A stretch of 64,000 nucleotides of DNA from a virus (Duplodnaviria > Caudoviricetes), in IMG/VR virus record IMGVR_UViG_3300033066_001786, positions 32,001 to 96,000 of that record; one strand, given 5' to 3'. A program made the position numbers and the translations under genes. Shown here piece after piece: positions 19,429-29,991 of this stretch. Numbering within the stretch: position 1 is the stretch's first letter; the number at the start of each line of letters is the position of its first letter. The notes under the pieces are model-generated. The model ran no database searches. It was not told where the DNA came from and worked only from the letters and a program-made list of their open reading frames with translations.

Positions 19429-20109
19429 ATGCAAATCTCGAATACATACACTTTCCCCGTTTTAAATAGAATAGATTCGGATTCCGGAAGAAAATACGTA
19501 ACCCCGGAAGGTGAACACTTACCTTCTGTTACTACTATACTTTCCGCAACAAAAGAAAATGAAATAGGTTTAATAAAGTGGAGAGAAAGGGTAGGGGAAG
19601 ACGAAGCAAACCGAATTGTTAAAGAATCGACAGATATAGGTACAGCACTACATAGTAACTTAGAGAATCATTTATTAACTAATACACCGCCTACAGGGTC
19701 TGTATTAGTTAAATTAATGACAAAGTTAGTCATAGACAAAGGCCTAACAAATGTGTCAACAGTGTGGGGTTTAGAATCACCGTTATACGCTAAGGGATTA
19801 TTTGCAGGAACAACTGACTTGATTGCAACATATAAAGGTAATTTGGCAATTGTCGACTATAAGAATAGTAAAACAATTAAAAAAGAAGAATATGTTTTAG
19901 ATTATTATACTCAACTTTGTGCATATTCGATGGCATTCAACGAAATGTTCAACGAGAACATTAAAGTTGGTTATATTTTAATGGCATCGAGAGATTTAAA
20001 ATTTAAAGAATATGAATTATCCGGTAGTAACTTTATAAAACATAAAAGCATTTGGGACAGTAAACTAGAGAAGTTCTACGGTTCAGATAAATACAATAAT
20101 AAGATTTGA
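19429..20109 (+). CDS. PD-(D/E)XK exonuclease
   Basis: PSVTTIL, GTALH, AGTTDL, IVDYK, QLCAY; sigma70-like TTGTTT-N16-TATAAT at 19377-19404. Confidence 0.85.
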   Translation: MQISNTYTFPVLNRIDSDSGRKYVTPEGEHLPSVTTILSATKENEIGLIKWRERVGEDEANRIVKESTDIGTALHSNLENHLLTNTPPTGSVLVKLMTKLVIDKGLTNVSTVWGLESPLYAKGLFAGTTDLIATYKGNLAIVDYKNSKTIKKEEYVLDYYTQLCAYSMAFNEMFNENIKVGYILMASRDLKFKEYELSGSNFIKHKSIWDSKLEKFYGSDKYNNKI

Positions 20110-20116
20110 GGATAAT

Positions 20117-21610
20117 ATGCCATCTGACCAATTTGGGAATAGAATTTATTCGCGTATGTTAAATAGGCGCGGTAATCGTGTTAATTTACCGCAACCTTTA
20201 GAACCCGCCGAATTAGGTTGGGCAACTGATGTTAAGAAGTTATATATCGGTTTAGATGATGCCAATGCTCTTCCTATAATTGATTTGTATGAAGGCGTAG
20301 GGCTATTAGCAGAAGCTGAAAACAACATTAACAATAAGATGTTAGAATTTAATACTGTACCTTTTAGATTGTCTACAGTGTCTAATATTTCAGTAACAGG
20401 TTTGGGTATATTTAGCGAAGAAGGGTTAGTTGATAAATTAGACGAAATACCGTCGTCGTTAATGATATCTGAGAATAATAGACAGCCGTTAAATAATATA
20501 GAAAACAATTTGATGTTTTTTGGCGCAGCAAAATCAACAATGAATGATTTGTTAGCAGAATACGGCCAACATCAGTATGTTTATGCATACGATTGGGCTA
20601 AATTACCTAATGTGACAGCTACAGCGTCGGCCTCTATTCTCTTTGGAAATCTTGTATCTGTTAATATTATCGATTATGGTTTAGGTTATTATTCAACAGT
20701 TCCAAATATTACTATAACAGGCGATGGATCAAATGCCGCTGCATCTGCAACTATATCAAATGGAAGATTATCAGGTATTAATATAGATAATTCTGGTTCA
20801 GGTTATACTACACTTTCTATTACGATTGATCCTCCAGAGTTGCCCGGTATAGGGGAATCTGCATTAAATTACATCTTCACTTTTCATATGGGTATTTTAG
20901 ATTTAAACGACGGCACAGAAATAACAAATGCAAATCTTAAAAGTATTCAAGACGGAATAATAGCATCTGATATTTTTTACGATTGCGGTGTAGTAGGTGT
21001 TAACGCATATTCGGGTTTAGATACTTACCAAAAAAGCTATGCTTTCGTTGACAACGTAATGACGTTGTTATCAACGCCAAGGGCTACTGCAAATATAGCA
21101 GGTATTATAAATAGATTATCTGCAGATTCGTATATTAGCGGATTAGTCAACGTTAGACAGAATGTTGAAATTTTAACTAGTTTATCAGGAGTAGGAGGCG
21201 CAACTACAGATGAAGTTGTACTTACCTTTGTTTTAGCACCTAGTGCAGTGTTAGTTGATATTTATAGTGTAGAAAATGGTTATTTAGCATGGGATACTGC
21301 TGTAACTGAAAATCAAGTAGTTGAGTATGCATTGGGTTTCGAGGATTCGTTTTGTAGAACCGGACGTTTAAATGTTTCAACATTAAACGCATCGTTAAGT
21401 AGTGGTATAGTAGGTGACGATTATGTAGACAGTCGAGACGGAGTTTTACCGGTAGATATCGGTGGCCCAGATTTTAATTTTTATGCACACCATGACACTG
21501 GAGACGGTTTTGTGTATTTGCGATACTGTCATGATTTTCCAGACGTAGTTACTTTAAGAGTGCATGTCGAATTAGAATGGCAAGCGTTCCCTTTTGAAGG
21601 TCCAATCTAA
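20117..21610 (+). CDS. Virion structural protein (tail/baseplate-associated)
   Basis: RRG..LPQPL.PAELGWATD..LYIG N-terminus; G.GY...P.ITITG.G..A.A repeats; GATAAATA at 20086-20093. Confidence 0.65.
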   Translation: MPSDQFGNRIYSRMLNRRGNRVNLPQPLEPAELGWATDVKKLYIGLDDANALPIIDLYEGVGLLAEAENNINNKMLEFNTVPFRLSTVSNISVTGLGIFSEEGLVDKLDEIPSSLMISENNRQPLNNIENNLMFFGAAKSTMNDLLAEYGQHQYVYAYDWAKLPNVTATASASILFGNLVSVNIIDYGLGYYSTVPNITITGDGSNAAASATISNGRLSGINIDNSGSGYTTLSITIDPPELPGIGESALNYIFTFHMGILDLNDGTEITNANLKSIQDGIIASDIFYDCGVVGVNAYSGLDTYQKSYAFVDNVMTLLSTPRATANIAGIINRLSADSYISGLVNVRQNVEILTSLSGVGGATTDEVVLTFVLAPSAVLVDIYSVENGYLAWDTAVTENQVVEYALGFEDSFCRTGRLNVSTLNASLSSGIVGDDYVDSRDGVLPVDIGGPDFNFYAHHDTGDGFVYLRYCHDFPDVVTLRVHVELEWQAFPFEGPI

Positions 21611-21632
21611 CTAGTAAGAAAAAGGCAGATTA

Positions 21633-22049
21633 TTGATGCAGTGGAACAATAGTACCTTGCAGTCTAAAATATTAGACTGGCGAGTTTTTAGAAGTAATTT
21701 AGAAGCATTAACATTAGAAGAACAACTAAGAAGAATTGCAGAATATTTCTCAACTATACCTACTACTAGTAGATTATTAGATTACTACGATTCTTCCACT
21801 TGGCCGACGCCTTGGGAAATATTGGATTATTCTGTATTAGATGCAAATTATGTGTCTCTTCTAATGTATCACACTTTAAAGTTGATAAATGTTAGTTCTG
21901 AATTACATCTAATAGAGTCGCCCGATAATAAATACATCGTATTATTAGTTGAACAAAAATATCTGTTAAATTACATTCACAAAGAAGTTGTTAATTTAAA
22001 CGATTACGTCAGAGAAATAAAATTTTTAGAAAAGCATACTGGAGTATAA
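21633..22049 (+). CDS. Hypothetical protein (WPTPWEIL motif)
   Basis: ORF directly upstream of nrdA. Confidence 0.6.
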   Translation: MMQWNNSTLQSKILDWRVFRSNLEALTLEEQLRRIAEYFSTIPTTSRLLDYYDSSTWPTPWEILDYSVLDANYVSLLMYHTLKLINVSSELHLIESPDNKYIVLLVEQKYLLNYIHKEVVNLNDYVREIKFLEKHTGV

Positions 22050-24503
22050 ATGCGAGCAATATTAATTAAAAAAAGAGACGGAAGTAAAGAAGAATTTGAT
22101 GCTGAAAAAATTCATAAAATATTATTTTGGGCGACAGAAGGTATTGCAGGTGTTTCAGTTTCCCAGATAGAAATGAAATCACAGCTTCAAATGTATGCAG
22201 GCATTAAATCTACAGATATACATGAAATTTTGATTGCGGCAGCCCACGAACTTATATGCGAAGATACTCCGAATTATCAATGGGTTGCGGCCCGATTAAG
22301 ATTGTTTCAGATACGTAAAGAAGCAATAGGTCAATATGAGCCGATCCCGCTTTTAGATTTAGTTAAAAGAAATGTTAAATTAGAATATTATACAGGTGAA
22401 TTGCTTAGTTGGTACACTGAAGAAGAATGGGAAACAATTGATAGTTTCATTCAGCACGACAGGGATTATTCCTATGCATATGCAGGCATTGAACAAATTA
22501 GAGGAAAATATTTAGTACAGAACAGAGTTTCGAAAACTGTATATGAAACTCCTCAATATATGAATGTGTTAATTGCAGCAACAGTTTTTAATAATTATCC
22601 AAAATCTACAAGATTACATTTCGTTAAAGAGTTTTATGATTCTTTAAGTAAAATGCAAATATCCTTACCTACACCTATCATGTCAGGTTTGAGGACAAAA
22701 GTTAAACAGTTTTCTTCTTGTGTTTTAATTGAATCCGATGATAGTTTGCAGTCGATAAATGCAACGACTAGTTCTATTGTTAATTACATAAGTCAGAAAG
22801 CCGGCATCGGCATAGAAGCAAGTAAAATTAGGGCAGTTAATTCTCCTATTAGAAACGGAGATGCAAAGCATACAGGTGTTACACCGTTTTTCAGATTGTT
22901 TCAAGCTGCTGTTAAAAGCTGTAGCCAAGGCGGAGTCAGAGGTGGAGCCGCAGTATTAAATTCTGTTTTTTGGCATTTGGAAATTGAGAACATACTCCAG
23001 TTGAAAAACAACAAAGGCACCGAAGAAAATTCCGCAAGGCAACTTGATTACTGTGTTTTATTCAATGGCTTTGCATATGAGCGTTTATTGTCGGGCGGAG
23101 ATTTAACTTTATTTAATCCTTCCGAAGTAAAAGATTTACATGCAGCTTTTTATTCCGATCAGGCAAAATTTAAAGAATTATACGAGAAATACGAAAAGAC
23201 TCCAGGATTAATGAAAAAGACTATTCCTGCTAGGGATTTATTTTCGTTGTTTCATACTGAGAGAAAAGAAACTGGACGAATTTATAAATTAAATATTGAC
23301 CATGCAAACAGTCACGGCGCATTTAATCCTGAGGTTGCCCCAATTAAAATGTCAAACCTCTGTTTGGAGGTCATACTTCCAACTAATCCAGTTAATGATA
23401 TTAATGGGGGATTTGAAAAAACATACATAAAAGTACCGTATGAAAAGTTAGATGATTATTTTGTCTGGAAGGCATTAAATAAAGAATGTGTGTTACGTTC
23501 CGGTCTTAATAAATATTTCTTTGATGCTATGGGCGAAGAAGGAAAAGAGTCAATTGAATATGTATATTTTAATGAATTAGTTGAAATTGAGAAAGCACCG
23601 GAAATTGCACTTTGTACATTAGCCGCAATCAATATGGGACAAATAAAAGAGTCGATCGATTTTAAAAAGCCCACAGAATTACTTGTCCGTGCATTAAATG
23701 AAATATTAGATTATCAAGATTATCCAGTTGACGCTGCTAAAATTGCAACTATGAAACGTAGACCGTTAGGTGTAGGTTTTATTAATATTGCATACTGGCT
23801 GGCTAAAAACGGTTTTACTTATAGTGGAATGGAAGGTCTTTCTAGATGGCACGAAATGACAGAAGCTTTCCAATATTATTTAATTTCTGCAAGTGTAGAA
23901 GTAGCAAAAGAAAAAGGAATGCCGTGTGCGGCATTTTCCGAAACAAAATATTCAAAGGGTATATTGCCAATTGATACTTACAAGAAGACGATCGATTCCG
24001 AAATTGGCAAGATTGATTTAAAGCTCAATTGGGAAAGATTAAGACAAGATGTATTGACTTACGGTATGTATAATAGTACATTATCTGCAGGGATGCCGTC
24101 GGAAGCAAGTTCGCTAGTAAGTAATGCAACAAACGGATTTGAAGCACCTAGGAGTTATGTTAGTGTTAAAGGCTCAGGAGAAGGCAGATTAAAACAAGTT
24201 GTGCCAGGTTTCCCAAAGCTAAAATCTAAATACGAATTAATGTGGGATCAGAAAGATTGTAGGGGATATTTGCGAATTTGTGCAATTGCACAAAAATTCT
24301 TCGATCAGACTATTTCCACTAATACGTTTTATAATCCTGACTTCTATGGCGGAGACGTGCCAATGTCAGAATTAATTAAAGATGACATTTATGCATACAA
24401 GCTTGGGTTAGCAACATTGTATTACTGTAATACATATGATGGTCAATCAGACGAAGTAAACGACAAAGACGATGATTGCGCAGGCGGCGCATGTAAAATA
24501 TAA
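22050..24503 (+). CDS. nrdA: Class Ia ribonucleotide reductase alpha subunit
   Basis: ATP cone, SSCVL, QGGVRGG, SNLCLE, EIALCTL, TLYY, C-terminal CAGGAC. Confidence 0.97.
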   Translation: MRAILIKKRDGSKEEFDAEKIHKILFWATEGIAGVSVSQIEMKSQLQMYAGIKSTDIHEILIAAAHELICEDTPNYQWVAARLRLFQIRKEAIGQYEPIPLLDLVKRNVKLEYYTGELLSWYTEEEWETIDSFIQHDRDYSYAYAGIEQIRGKYLVQNRVSKTVYETPQYMNVLIAATVFNNYPKSTRLHFVKEFYDSLSKMQISLPTPIMSGLRTKVKQFSSCVLIESDDSLQSINATTSSIVNYISQKAGIGIEASKIRAVNSPIRNGDAKHTGVTPFFRLFQAAVKSCSQGGVRGGAAVLNSVFWHLEIENILQLKNNKGTEENSARQLDYCVLFNGFAYERLLSGGDLTLFNPSEVKDLHAAFYSDQAKFKELYEKYEKTPGLMKKTIPARDLFSLFHTERKETGRIYKLNIDHANSHGAFNPEVAPIKMSNLCLEVILPTNPVNDINGGFEKTYIKVPYEKLDDYFVWKALNKECVLRSGLNKYFFDAMGEEGKESIEYVYFNELVEIEKAPEIALCTLAAINMGQIKESIDFKKPTELLVRALNEILDYQDYPVDAAKIATMKRRPLGVGFINIAYWLAKNGFTYSGMEGLSRWHEMTEAFQYYLISASVEVAKEKGMPCAAFSETKYSKGILPIDTYKKTIDSEIGKIDLKLNWERLRQDVLTYGMYNSTLSAGMPSEASSLVSNATNGFEAPRSYVSVKGSGEGRLKQVVPGFPKLKSKYELMWDQKDCRGYLRICAIAQKFFDQTISTNTFYNPDFYGGDVPMSELIKDDIYAYKLGLATLYYCNTYDGQSDEVNDKDDDCAGGACKI

Positions 24504-24515
24504 TGGAAGAAAATA

Positions 24516-25652
24516 ATGAAGTATAAGACTTTTGAAACAGAAAAAAATGATATTTTAAAAGAGCCGATGTTCTTTGGTAATCCAATTAACATTTCTAGGT
24601 TCGATAAACAAAAATATCCATTTTTCGAAAAGCAAACAAAAAAACAATTAAGTTTCTTTTGGATACCCGAGGAAATTAGTTTAGATCAAGATTCGTCTAA
24701 TTTTCATAAGAATCTTGATGCAGCTAGTCAGCACATATTTACGTCTAATTTGAAGTATCAGATTATACTAGATTCTGTCCAAGGCAGGGCACCTAATATT
24801 GCCCTTCTTCCTCACACTTCTTTGCCTGAGCTTGAATCTTTTATTGAAACTTGGACAATGTTTGAGAATTTACATTCTCGTTCTTATACTCACTTAATTA
24901 AAAATATATACCCAGATCCGGGTAAAATATTAGACGATGTAGTTGATGTAAAAGAAATAGTAGAACGTGCGCAAGCAGTTACTAGTTATTATGATAGTTT
25001 TATTGAATATGCTAACTGGTATAATATGTTAGGTTATGGCAAACATATTGTTAACGGTGAGGAAATATACATAAATGAAGTAGAATTGCATAAGAAGTTA
25101 TTCCTTATGTTAGTTGCAATTAACATCCTCGAAGGTGTTCGTTTTTATGTGAGTTTTGCATGTACTTGGGGATTCTCCGAAGCACTCGGTTTAATGAATA
25201 AAAGTGCAAAGATAATTAAAATGATATGCAGAGATGAAAATTTGCATCTTGCAGTTACTTCTACTATAATTAAAAAATTCTTAGATGGCAGCGAAGGCGA
25301 GTTGATTAAGAGAGTTGCAAACGATTGTAAAGAAGAAGTTTACAATATGTATTCAATTGCAGTAGAACAAGAGAAAGAATGGGCAGATTATTTATTTAAA
25401 GATGGGTCTATAATAGGGCTAAATGCAGAAATTCTTAAAGATTATGTAGAATATATTGCAGACCGGCGTTTAAAAGGAATTGGACTAGAACCAATGTTTA
25501 AGCAAACTAGTAATCCGTTACCTTGGACAGAGCACTGGATCGGGTCAAAAGAAACACAAGTTGCCCCGCAAGAAGAAGAAATAACTTCGTATCTTGTAGG
25601 TGGTATTAAAAATGATCTCGGCGATGATAGTTTCGCCGGACTAAGTTTATAA
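24516..25652 (+). CDS. nrdB: Class Ia ribonucleotide reductase beta subunit
   Basis: FFWIPEE, DSVQGR, ENLHSRSY, EGVRFY, RDENLH, APQEEEITSY. Confidence 0.97.
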   Translation: MKYKTFETEKNDILKEPMFFGNPINISRFDKQKYPFFEKQTKKQLSFFWIPEEISLDQDSSNFHKNLDAASQHIFTSNLKYQIILDSVQGRAPNIALLPHTSLPELESFIETWTMFENLHSRSYTHLIKNIYPDPGKILDDVVDVKEIVERAQAVTSYYDSFIEYANWYNMLGYGKHIVNGEEIYINEVELHKKLFLMLVAINILEGVRFYVSFACTWGFSEALGLMNKSAKIIKMICRDENLHLAVTSTIIKKFLDGSEGELIKRVANDCKEEVYNMYSIAVEQEKEWADYLFKDGSIIGLNAEILKDYVEYIADRRLKGIGLEPMFKQTSNPLPWTEHWIGSKETQVAPQEEEITSYLVGGIKNDLGDDSFAGLSL

Positions 25653-25662
25653 GGTACATATA

Positions 25663-25950
25663 ATGTTACAAGAAATAAAAACTAACAACGTAAAAGGGTT
25701 TGTTTTTTCAAATGGGTTAGAATCTATTTGTAAAATAATAGAAGAAACAGAATCTACATATGTTGTAGAATGCTTGCGTTTAATAATTATGAACCCAGTT
25801 GGGGAATTGGCACTTAAACCTTTCCCGAATACAATTAACGATAATGAAAAACTAACAGTATACAAGAACGGTTTAACGATGGAATTTGATCCCGAATCGA
25901 ACATTGTTAAACAGTATAGTCAATTAACTACTACTATCGCCTTAATCTAA
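25663..25950 (+). CDS. Small beta-rich hypothetical protein (Sm-like pattern)
   Basis: FSNG.E.IC.I pattern. Confidence 0.5.
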   Translation: MLQEIKTNNVKGFVFSNGLESICKIIEETESTYVVECLRLIIMNPVGELALKPFPNTINDNEKLTVYKNGLTMEFDPESNIVKQYSQLTTTIALI

Positions 25951-26339
25951 TGCATTACGACCTAAGTAGGAATCTATGTGAGATTCTAGAGGAGTCTGAC
26001 TCCGTTAAGCATCTGATAAAATACAATAGCGATTTTGCAGGCGAATTATATTCTTCATTGTGTAATATTGAGTGGGTAGATTTAGAAGCTAAATTACCAG
26101 AAGGTGTTGATGCAATGGTTGATAAACTTAACGGAGTTACATACAATACTACATGGTCGTGTTCCTGGCGAGCAGCAGGTGGCATAGTAGCCGATCTTAG
26201 AAATAAGTACCTAAAAGCAAACGAAGATTACATGGACTGGTATTGTCGTGGAAACGAAGGTTATGTTAGCGATTTAGTTTTACACACTCTTGCACAGCAT
26301 GGTTTTAAACCGAGGGAAATATCTTGCGAAACTATTTAA
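25950..26339 (+). CDS. Hypothetical protein
   Basis: WSCSWRAAGGIVADLR...YMDWYC.GNEG. Confidence 0.65.
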   Translation: MHYDLSRNLCEILEESDSVKHLIKYNSDFAGELYSSLCNIEWVDLEAKLPEGVDAMVDKLNGVTYNTTWSCSWRAAGGIVADLRNKYLKANEDYMDWYCRGNEGYVSDLVLHTLAQHGFKPREISCETI

Positions 26340-27178
26340 ATTTATTAAGTGAAATATTAGAAGAAGGTACAGATTATGATGATCGTACTGGAGTAGGTTC
26401 TAAAAGTATTTTTGGTTCGACTATGAGGTGGGATTTATCTAAAGGTTTCCCAATTATAACAACTCGCAAAGTACCCTTTAGGTTTGCATTTGAAGAAACT
26501 ATGTTATTTTTGCGCGGACAAACAGATACTAAAATACTAGAAGAAAAAAACATCAACATATGGCAAGGCAACACCTCCCGAGAATTTTTAGACAGTAGAG
26601 GACTATTTGATTTAGAAGACGGTTCGCTAGGATTAGGTTACTCGCACCAATGGCGTAATTTCGGGGGAGAATTAAATATTGAAGGGTCAGGGGTTGACCA
26701 AATTAAGAATTTACTTAACGGTTTAAAAAACAACCCAAACGATAGAAGACACATTGTAACAGCATGGAACCCAACCCAGCTTAGTGGCACACCGTTGCCT
26801 CCCTGCCATTTAATGAACATGTATGCAGTAGAGAACGGCAAACTTAATAGCTGTTGGATACAAAGGTCCTGCGATACTGTCTATGGCATCCCAATGAACA
26901 TAATGTGTTATGCATTCTTAAATATTGCATTTTCTAAGATATTAGGATTAGAACCCGGTAAGCTAGTGTTTTTTGGGTGGAACGTACACATATATAATAA
27001 TCAGATAAGTATAGCTTCTGATCAAATTACACGTAAACCTTTTAGTTTGCCAACTCTTAATATTGCAAAAGATTTAACTTGTTTAGAAGATTTATTGCTG
27101 TTACAATATGAAGATATAAAAATAGAAAACTATATTTCTCACCCTGATTATCCAAATAAACCTAAAATGGCAACTTGA
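26324..27178 (+). CDS. thyA: Thymidylate synthase
   Basis: DRTGVG, DRRHIV, LPPCH, QRSCD, GIPMN, HIY. Confidence 0.96.
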   Translation: MRNYLNLLSEILEEGTDYDDRTGVGSKSIFGSTMRWDLSKGFPIITTRKVPFRFAFEETMLFLRGQTDTKILEEKNINIWQGNTSREFLDSRGLFDLEDGSLGLGYSHQWRNFGGELNIEGSGVDQIKNLLNGLKNNPNDRRHIVTAWNPTQLSGTPLPPCHLMNMYAVENGKLNSCWIQRSCDTVYGIPMNIMCYAFLNIAFSKILGLEPGKLVFFGWNVHIYNNQISIASDQITRKPFSLPTLNIAKDLTCLEDLLLLQYEDIKIENYISHPDYPNKPKMAT

Positions 27179-27179
27179 T

Positions 27180-27566
27180 ATGCTCGACGAAGTCACAGTT
27201 AGTAAATTAGATGAGGCAATATCTTATCTGCTATATTTGCATTCTACTCAAGATTGCCAGACATTCTTAATGGCTAAGAAATTAGAAACTGGCGTTAATA
27301 CTAACGTTACTATTTTTAATTCTATTTTAGCAAGACTTGATGCAACAGAAGATGCAATAATAGATTGCGAAGCCAACGTAGATAGTTGTAGAAAAGATGT
27401 TTCTAGTTTAGATGATTTAGTAGACGATGCAAATAAGTTTGCCATGCAGTTAGAATCGAAAATAGAAGATGTGTCGGATAATATAGATTTGGCAGAAAGA
27501 GAATTAAAAGAAATCGAAAAAAGAATTAGTAGCTTAGAATATGATGTAAGTAGGATAGAGACATGA
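27180..27566 (+). CDS. Acidic coiled-coil protein
   Basis: Heptad pattern. Confidence 0.6.
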   Translation: MLDEVTVSKLDEAISYLLYLHSTQDCQTFLMAKKLETGVNTNVTIFNSILARLDATEDAIIDCEANVDSCRKDVSSLDDLVDDANKFAMQLESKIEDVSDNIDLAERELKEIEKRISSLEYDVSRIET

Positions 27567-28096
27567 TAAGCCAAAAATACGCAGGTAGTTTTAAAACTAG
27601 TAGCTTATATCCGCCATTTGAGGAAATTGCAAATATATTTGGTGAATTTTTATTTTATTACAGCCAATACAAAAACGAATTCGCTCAAGACATCAATAGT
27701 ATTGCAGACTTACTGTTATTTGCTCAGAATATTGAAAAATACAAAACAGTAGGAAAGTTAAAACACGGTTTTGTCCCATATCCGAATATATGGTATCTAC
27801 AAGAGGAATTACGTGCTGGTCTGCCAGCATATGTAGATATGAGATTTAACGATTTTGTTATTGAAATAAATAATTTGTTAGGTAAATCTCATTTAAATGA
27901 TCAACGTATAACTAATCAACAAGTTGAAATTCAACGTCTTAAGGTTCAACTTGAAGATAGTGATAGAAAAATGGAAGAATTACAAAACCAGATAAATAGC
28001 ATTGTAAGCAACAACGATAGGTTGCATACTTTTCAAAAACGAGTAAGGAGAACAGCAATTAAACGTTCGCATCCTCCTATAAAAAATAAAACATGA
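27563..28096 (+). CDS. Hypothetical protein with C-terminal coiled coil
   Basis: Coupled ORF. Confidence 0.6.
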   Translation: MISQKYAGSFKTSSLYPPFEEIANIFGEFLFYYSQYKNEFAQDINSIADLLLFAQNIEKYKTVGKLKHGFVPYPNIWYLQEELRAGLPAYVDMRFNDFVIEINNLLGKSHLNDQRITNQQVEIQRLKVQLEDSDRKMEELQNQINSIVSNNDRLHTFQKRVRRTAIKRSHPPIKNKT

Positions 28097-28106
28097 GGAA
28101 ATATAA

Positions 28107-28802
28107 ATGTCATTTAATAAAACAAAAACTGACCCAGAGTTAGGAAGAAAAGTTCACGCACATTTAAGATCTTTGGGATTAGAAACCCCAGTAATAGACA
28201 GCAAATTAAATGTTGATGCAAAAGATAAAATCGAAAGCATCGAGAAACATATGACTAAAATTTTAGAAACTATGGGTATGGATTTATCCGACGATTCGTT
28301 AATCGAAACACCTAAGCGTGTTGCAAAGATGATGGTGTTAGAACAAGGGTGGGGATTAAAACCTGAGAATTTCCCGAAATGTACTGTAGTTGATAATAAA
28401 ATGAACTACGACGAGATGGTAGTCGAGAAGTGCTCAGTAAACTCAATCTGCGAACATCATTGGATTTTCTTCGGTTCCATACATAGTCCGGAATTGGGCG
28501 CGTGGATAGCGTATATCCCTAAGAAAAAAGTAGTAGGATTAAGTAAGCTAGGTAGGGTCATGGAGTATTTCTCTGCAAGGCCGCAAATACAAGAAAGACT
28601 TACTCAGCAAGTATTAGAAACTTTAAAATTTATTTTAGAAACAGAAGATGTTGCCGTTGTTATAAAAGCCCAGCATTTTTGTGTTCTTACTCGCGGAGTT
28701 GAAGACGCACAAGCAAACACTATTACAAGTGCGTTATCGGGCTCGTTTAAAACAGATTTACAAACTAGGTCAGAGTTTATGGCCCACATACGGAAAGGCT
28801 AA
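28107..28802 (+). CDS. folE: GTP cyclohydrolase I
   Basis: ETPKRVAKM, SICEHH, GLSKLGR, RPQIQERLT, HFCVLTRGV. Confidence 0.95.
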   Translation: MSFNKTKTDPELGRKVHAHLRSLGLETPVIDSKLNVDAKDKIESIEKHMTKILETMGMDLSDDSLIETPKRVAKMMVLEQGWGLKPENFPKCTVVDNKMNYDEMVVEKCSVNSICEHHWIFFGSIHSPELGAWIAYIPKKKVVGLSKLGRVMEYFSARPQIQERLTQQVLETLKFILETEDVAVVIKAQHFCVLTRGVEDAQANTITSALSGSFKTDLQTRSEFMAHIRKG

Positions 28803-29986
28803 TGTTTTTCGGTATACTTACACTTTTAACATCGTTGCTGTTAGCTCTGGTATCGGGTTGGTTCTCGATAGCAGGGCTGATGGCTATCTTCTCCGGTATA
28901 AAAGTTGCAGGTCTTGCAGCAGGTGTAGTGTGCGAAATTGGTAAGTTAGCAGGTGTAAGTTGGCTGTACCGCACATGGTCTGATAAAGTTTGGTTTAGAT
29001 ACCCATTACTTCTTGTTACTATTGTGGCAATGTTTGTTACTAGCTTCGGTGTTTTCGGGTATCTATCTAAAGCACACAATGACCAAGGTGCACCAGTTGC
29101 TAATAGTTACGCTATGATTAAAAACATAGACGAAAAGATAAACCGAGAAAAATCTAAAATAATCGATTATCAGCGAAATCTAGATATATTAGATCAACAG
29201 TTGCAAGTGTTAATCGAATCTAAGAAAGTAAACGATACAGGTAAAAAGAAAGGCGTACTATCTGTTAAACAAGATCAACAAAACGAAAGAGATCAGTTAT
29301 CTGCCAGTATTAAACAATCTAGAGAAATAACTGATTCGCTCGAAAATGAGAAATTAAAAATCAGCCAAACTATACGTGATTTTGAAATAGACGTAGGTCC
29401 AGTTTTATATATTGCTCAGCTTTTTTATGACAACCCAAAAGATAATTTAGAAAAAGCAGTTAAGATAGTAGTGTTGTTAATAGTAATAACATTAGACCCT
29501 ATGGCAATATTACTACTTATGGGTGCAAATCATATATTCCTTCGAAGGAATGCAAATCTTGTGCAAAATACTACCGAAATAGTAGAAGAAAATAGCAAAA
29601 AAACAGAAGAAGATTTACATTCTCAAATCAGCGAAGAAGAGTTAAACGAATCTGCCATTGCATCGTCGTTGAGTATCGAAGAACAATTTCTTGCAGATGC
29701 AGAGTTAGGCAATGAAGTAATAGCAGATTCTTTTGATTATAATATTGCCGTAAAACCGTATACTAGAGATATTAGTGATTTGGAAGGGTTATGGGCAGTC
29801 GATCAAAAAACTGACGAAAAAATAATAGCCGAAAATAAAGAGCAAGAACCTATTCAGATAAATACACATACTAGTAGATATGGTTCTCAAAGAAACCACG
29901 ACGAAAAGATTGCAGAGGCCCGGCAGAAAATAAGCCAGAGCCCTAAAAATTGGATAAATAGTTTAACAAGACCCAACAATGAGTAA
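28802..29986 (+). CDS. Membrane protein with coiled coil
   Basis: Three N-terminal hydrophobic segments, GYLSKAH, VGP..YIA, a fourth TM with DPMA. Confidence 0.7.
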   Translation: MFFGILTLLTSLLLALVSGWFSIAGLMAIFSGIKVAGLAAGVVCEIGKLAGVSWLYRTWSDKVWFRYPLLLVTIVAMFVTSFGVFGYLSKAHNDQGAPVANSYAMIKNIDEKINREKSKIIDYQRNLDILDQQLQVLIESKKVNDTGKKKGVLSVKQDQQNERDQLSASIKQSREITDSLENEKLKISQTIRDFEIDVGPVLYIAQLFYDNPKDNLEKAVKIVVLLIVITLDPMAILLLMGANHIFLRRNANLVQNTTEIVEENSKKTEEDLHSQISEEELNESAIASSLSIEEQFLADAELGNEVIADSFDYNIAVKPYTRDISDLEGLWAVDQKTDEKIIAENKEQEPIQINTHTSRYGSQRNHDEKIAEARQKISQSPKNWINSLTRPNNE

Positions 29987-29991
29987 CTTGC

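Noticed and set aside
23406-23600. Intein or group I intron in nrdA
   Set aside because: Too short, no C/S start or HN end, reading frame uninterrupted; kept only as an insertion
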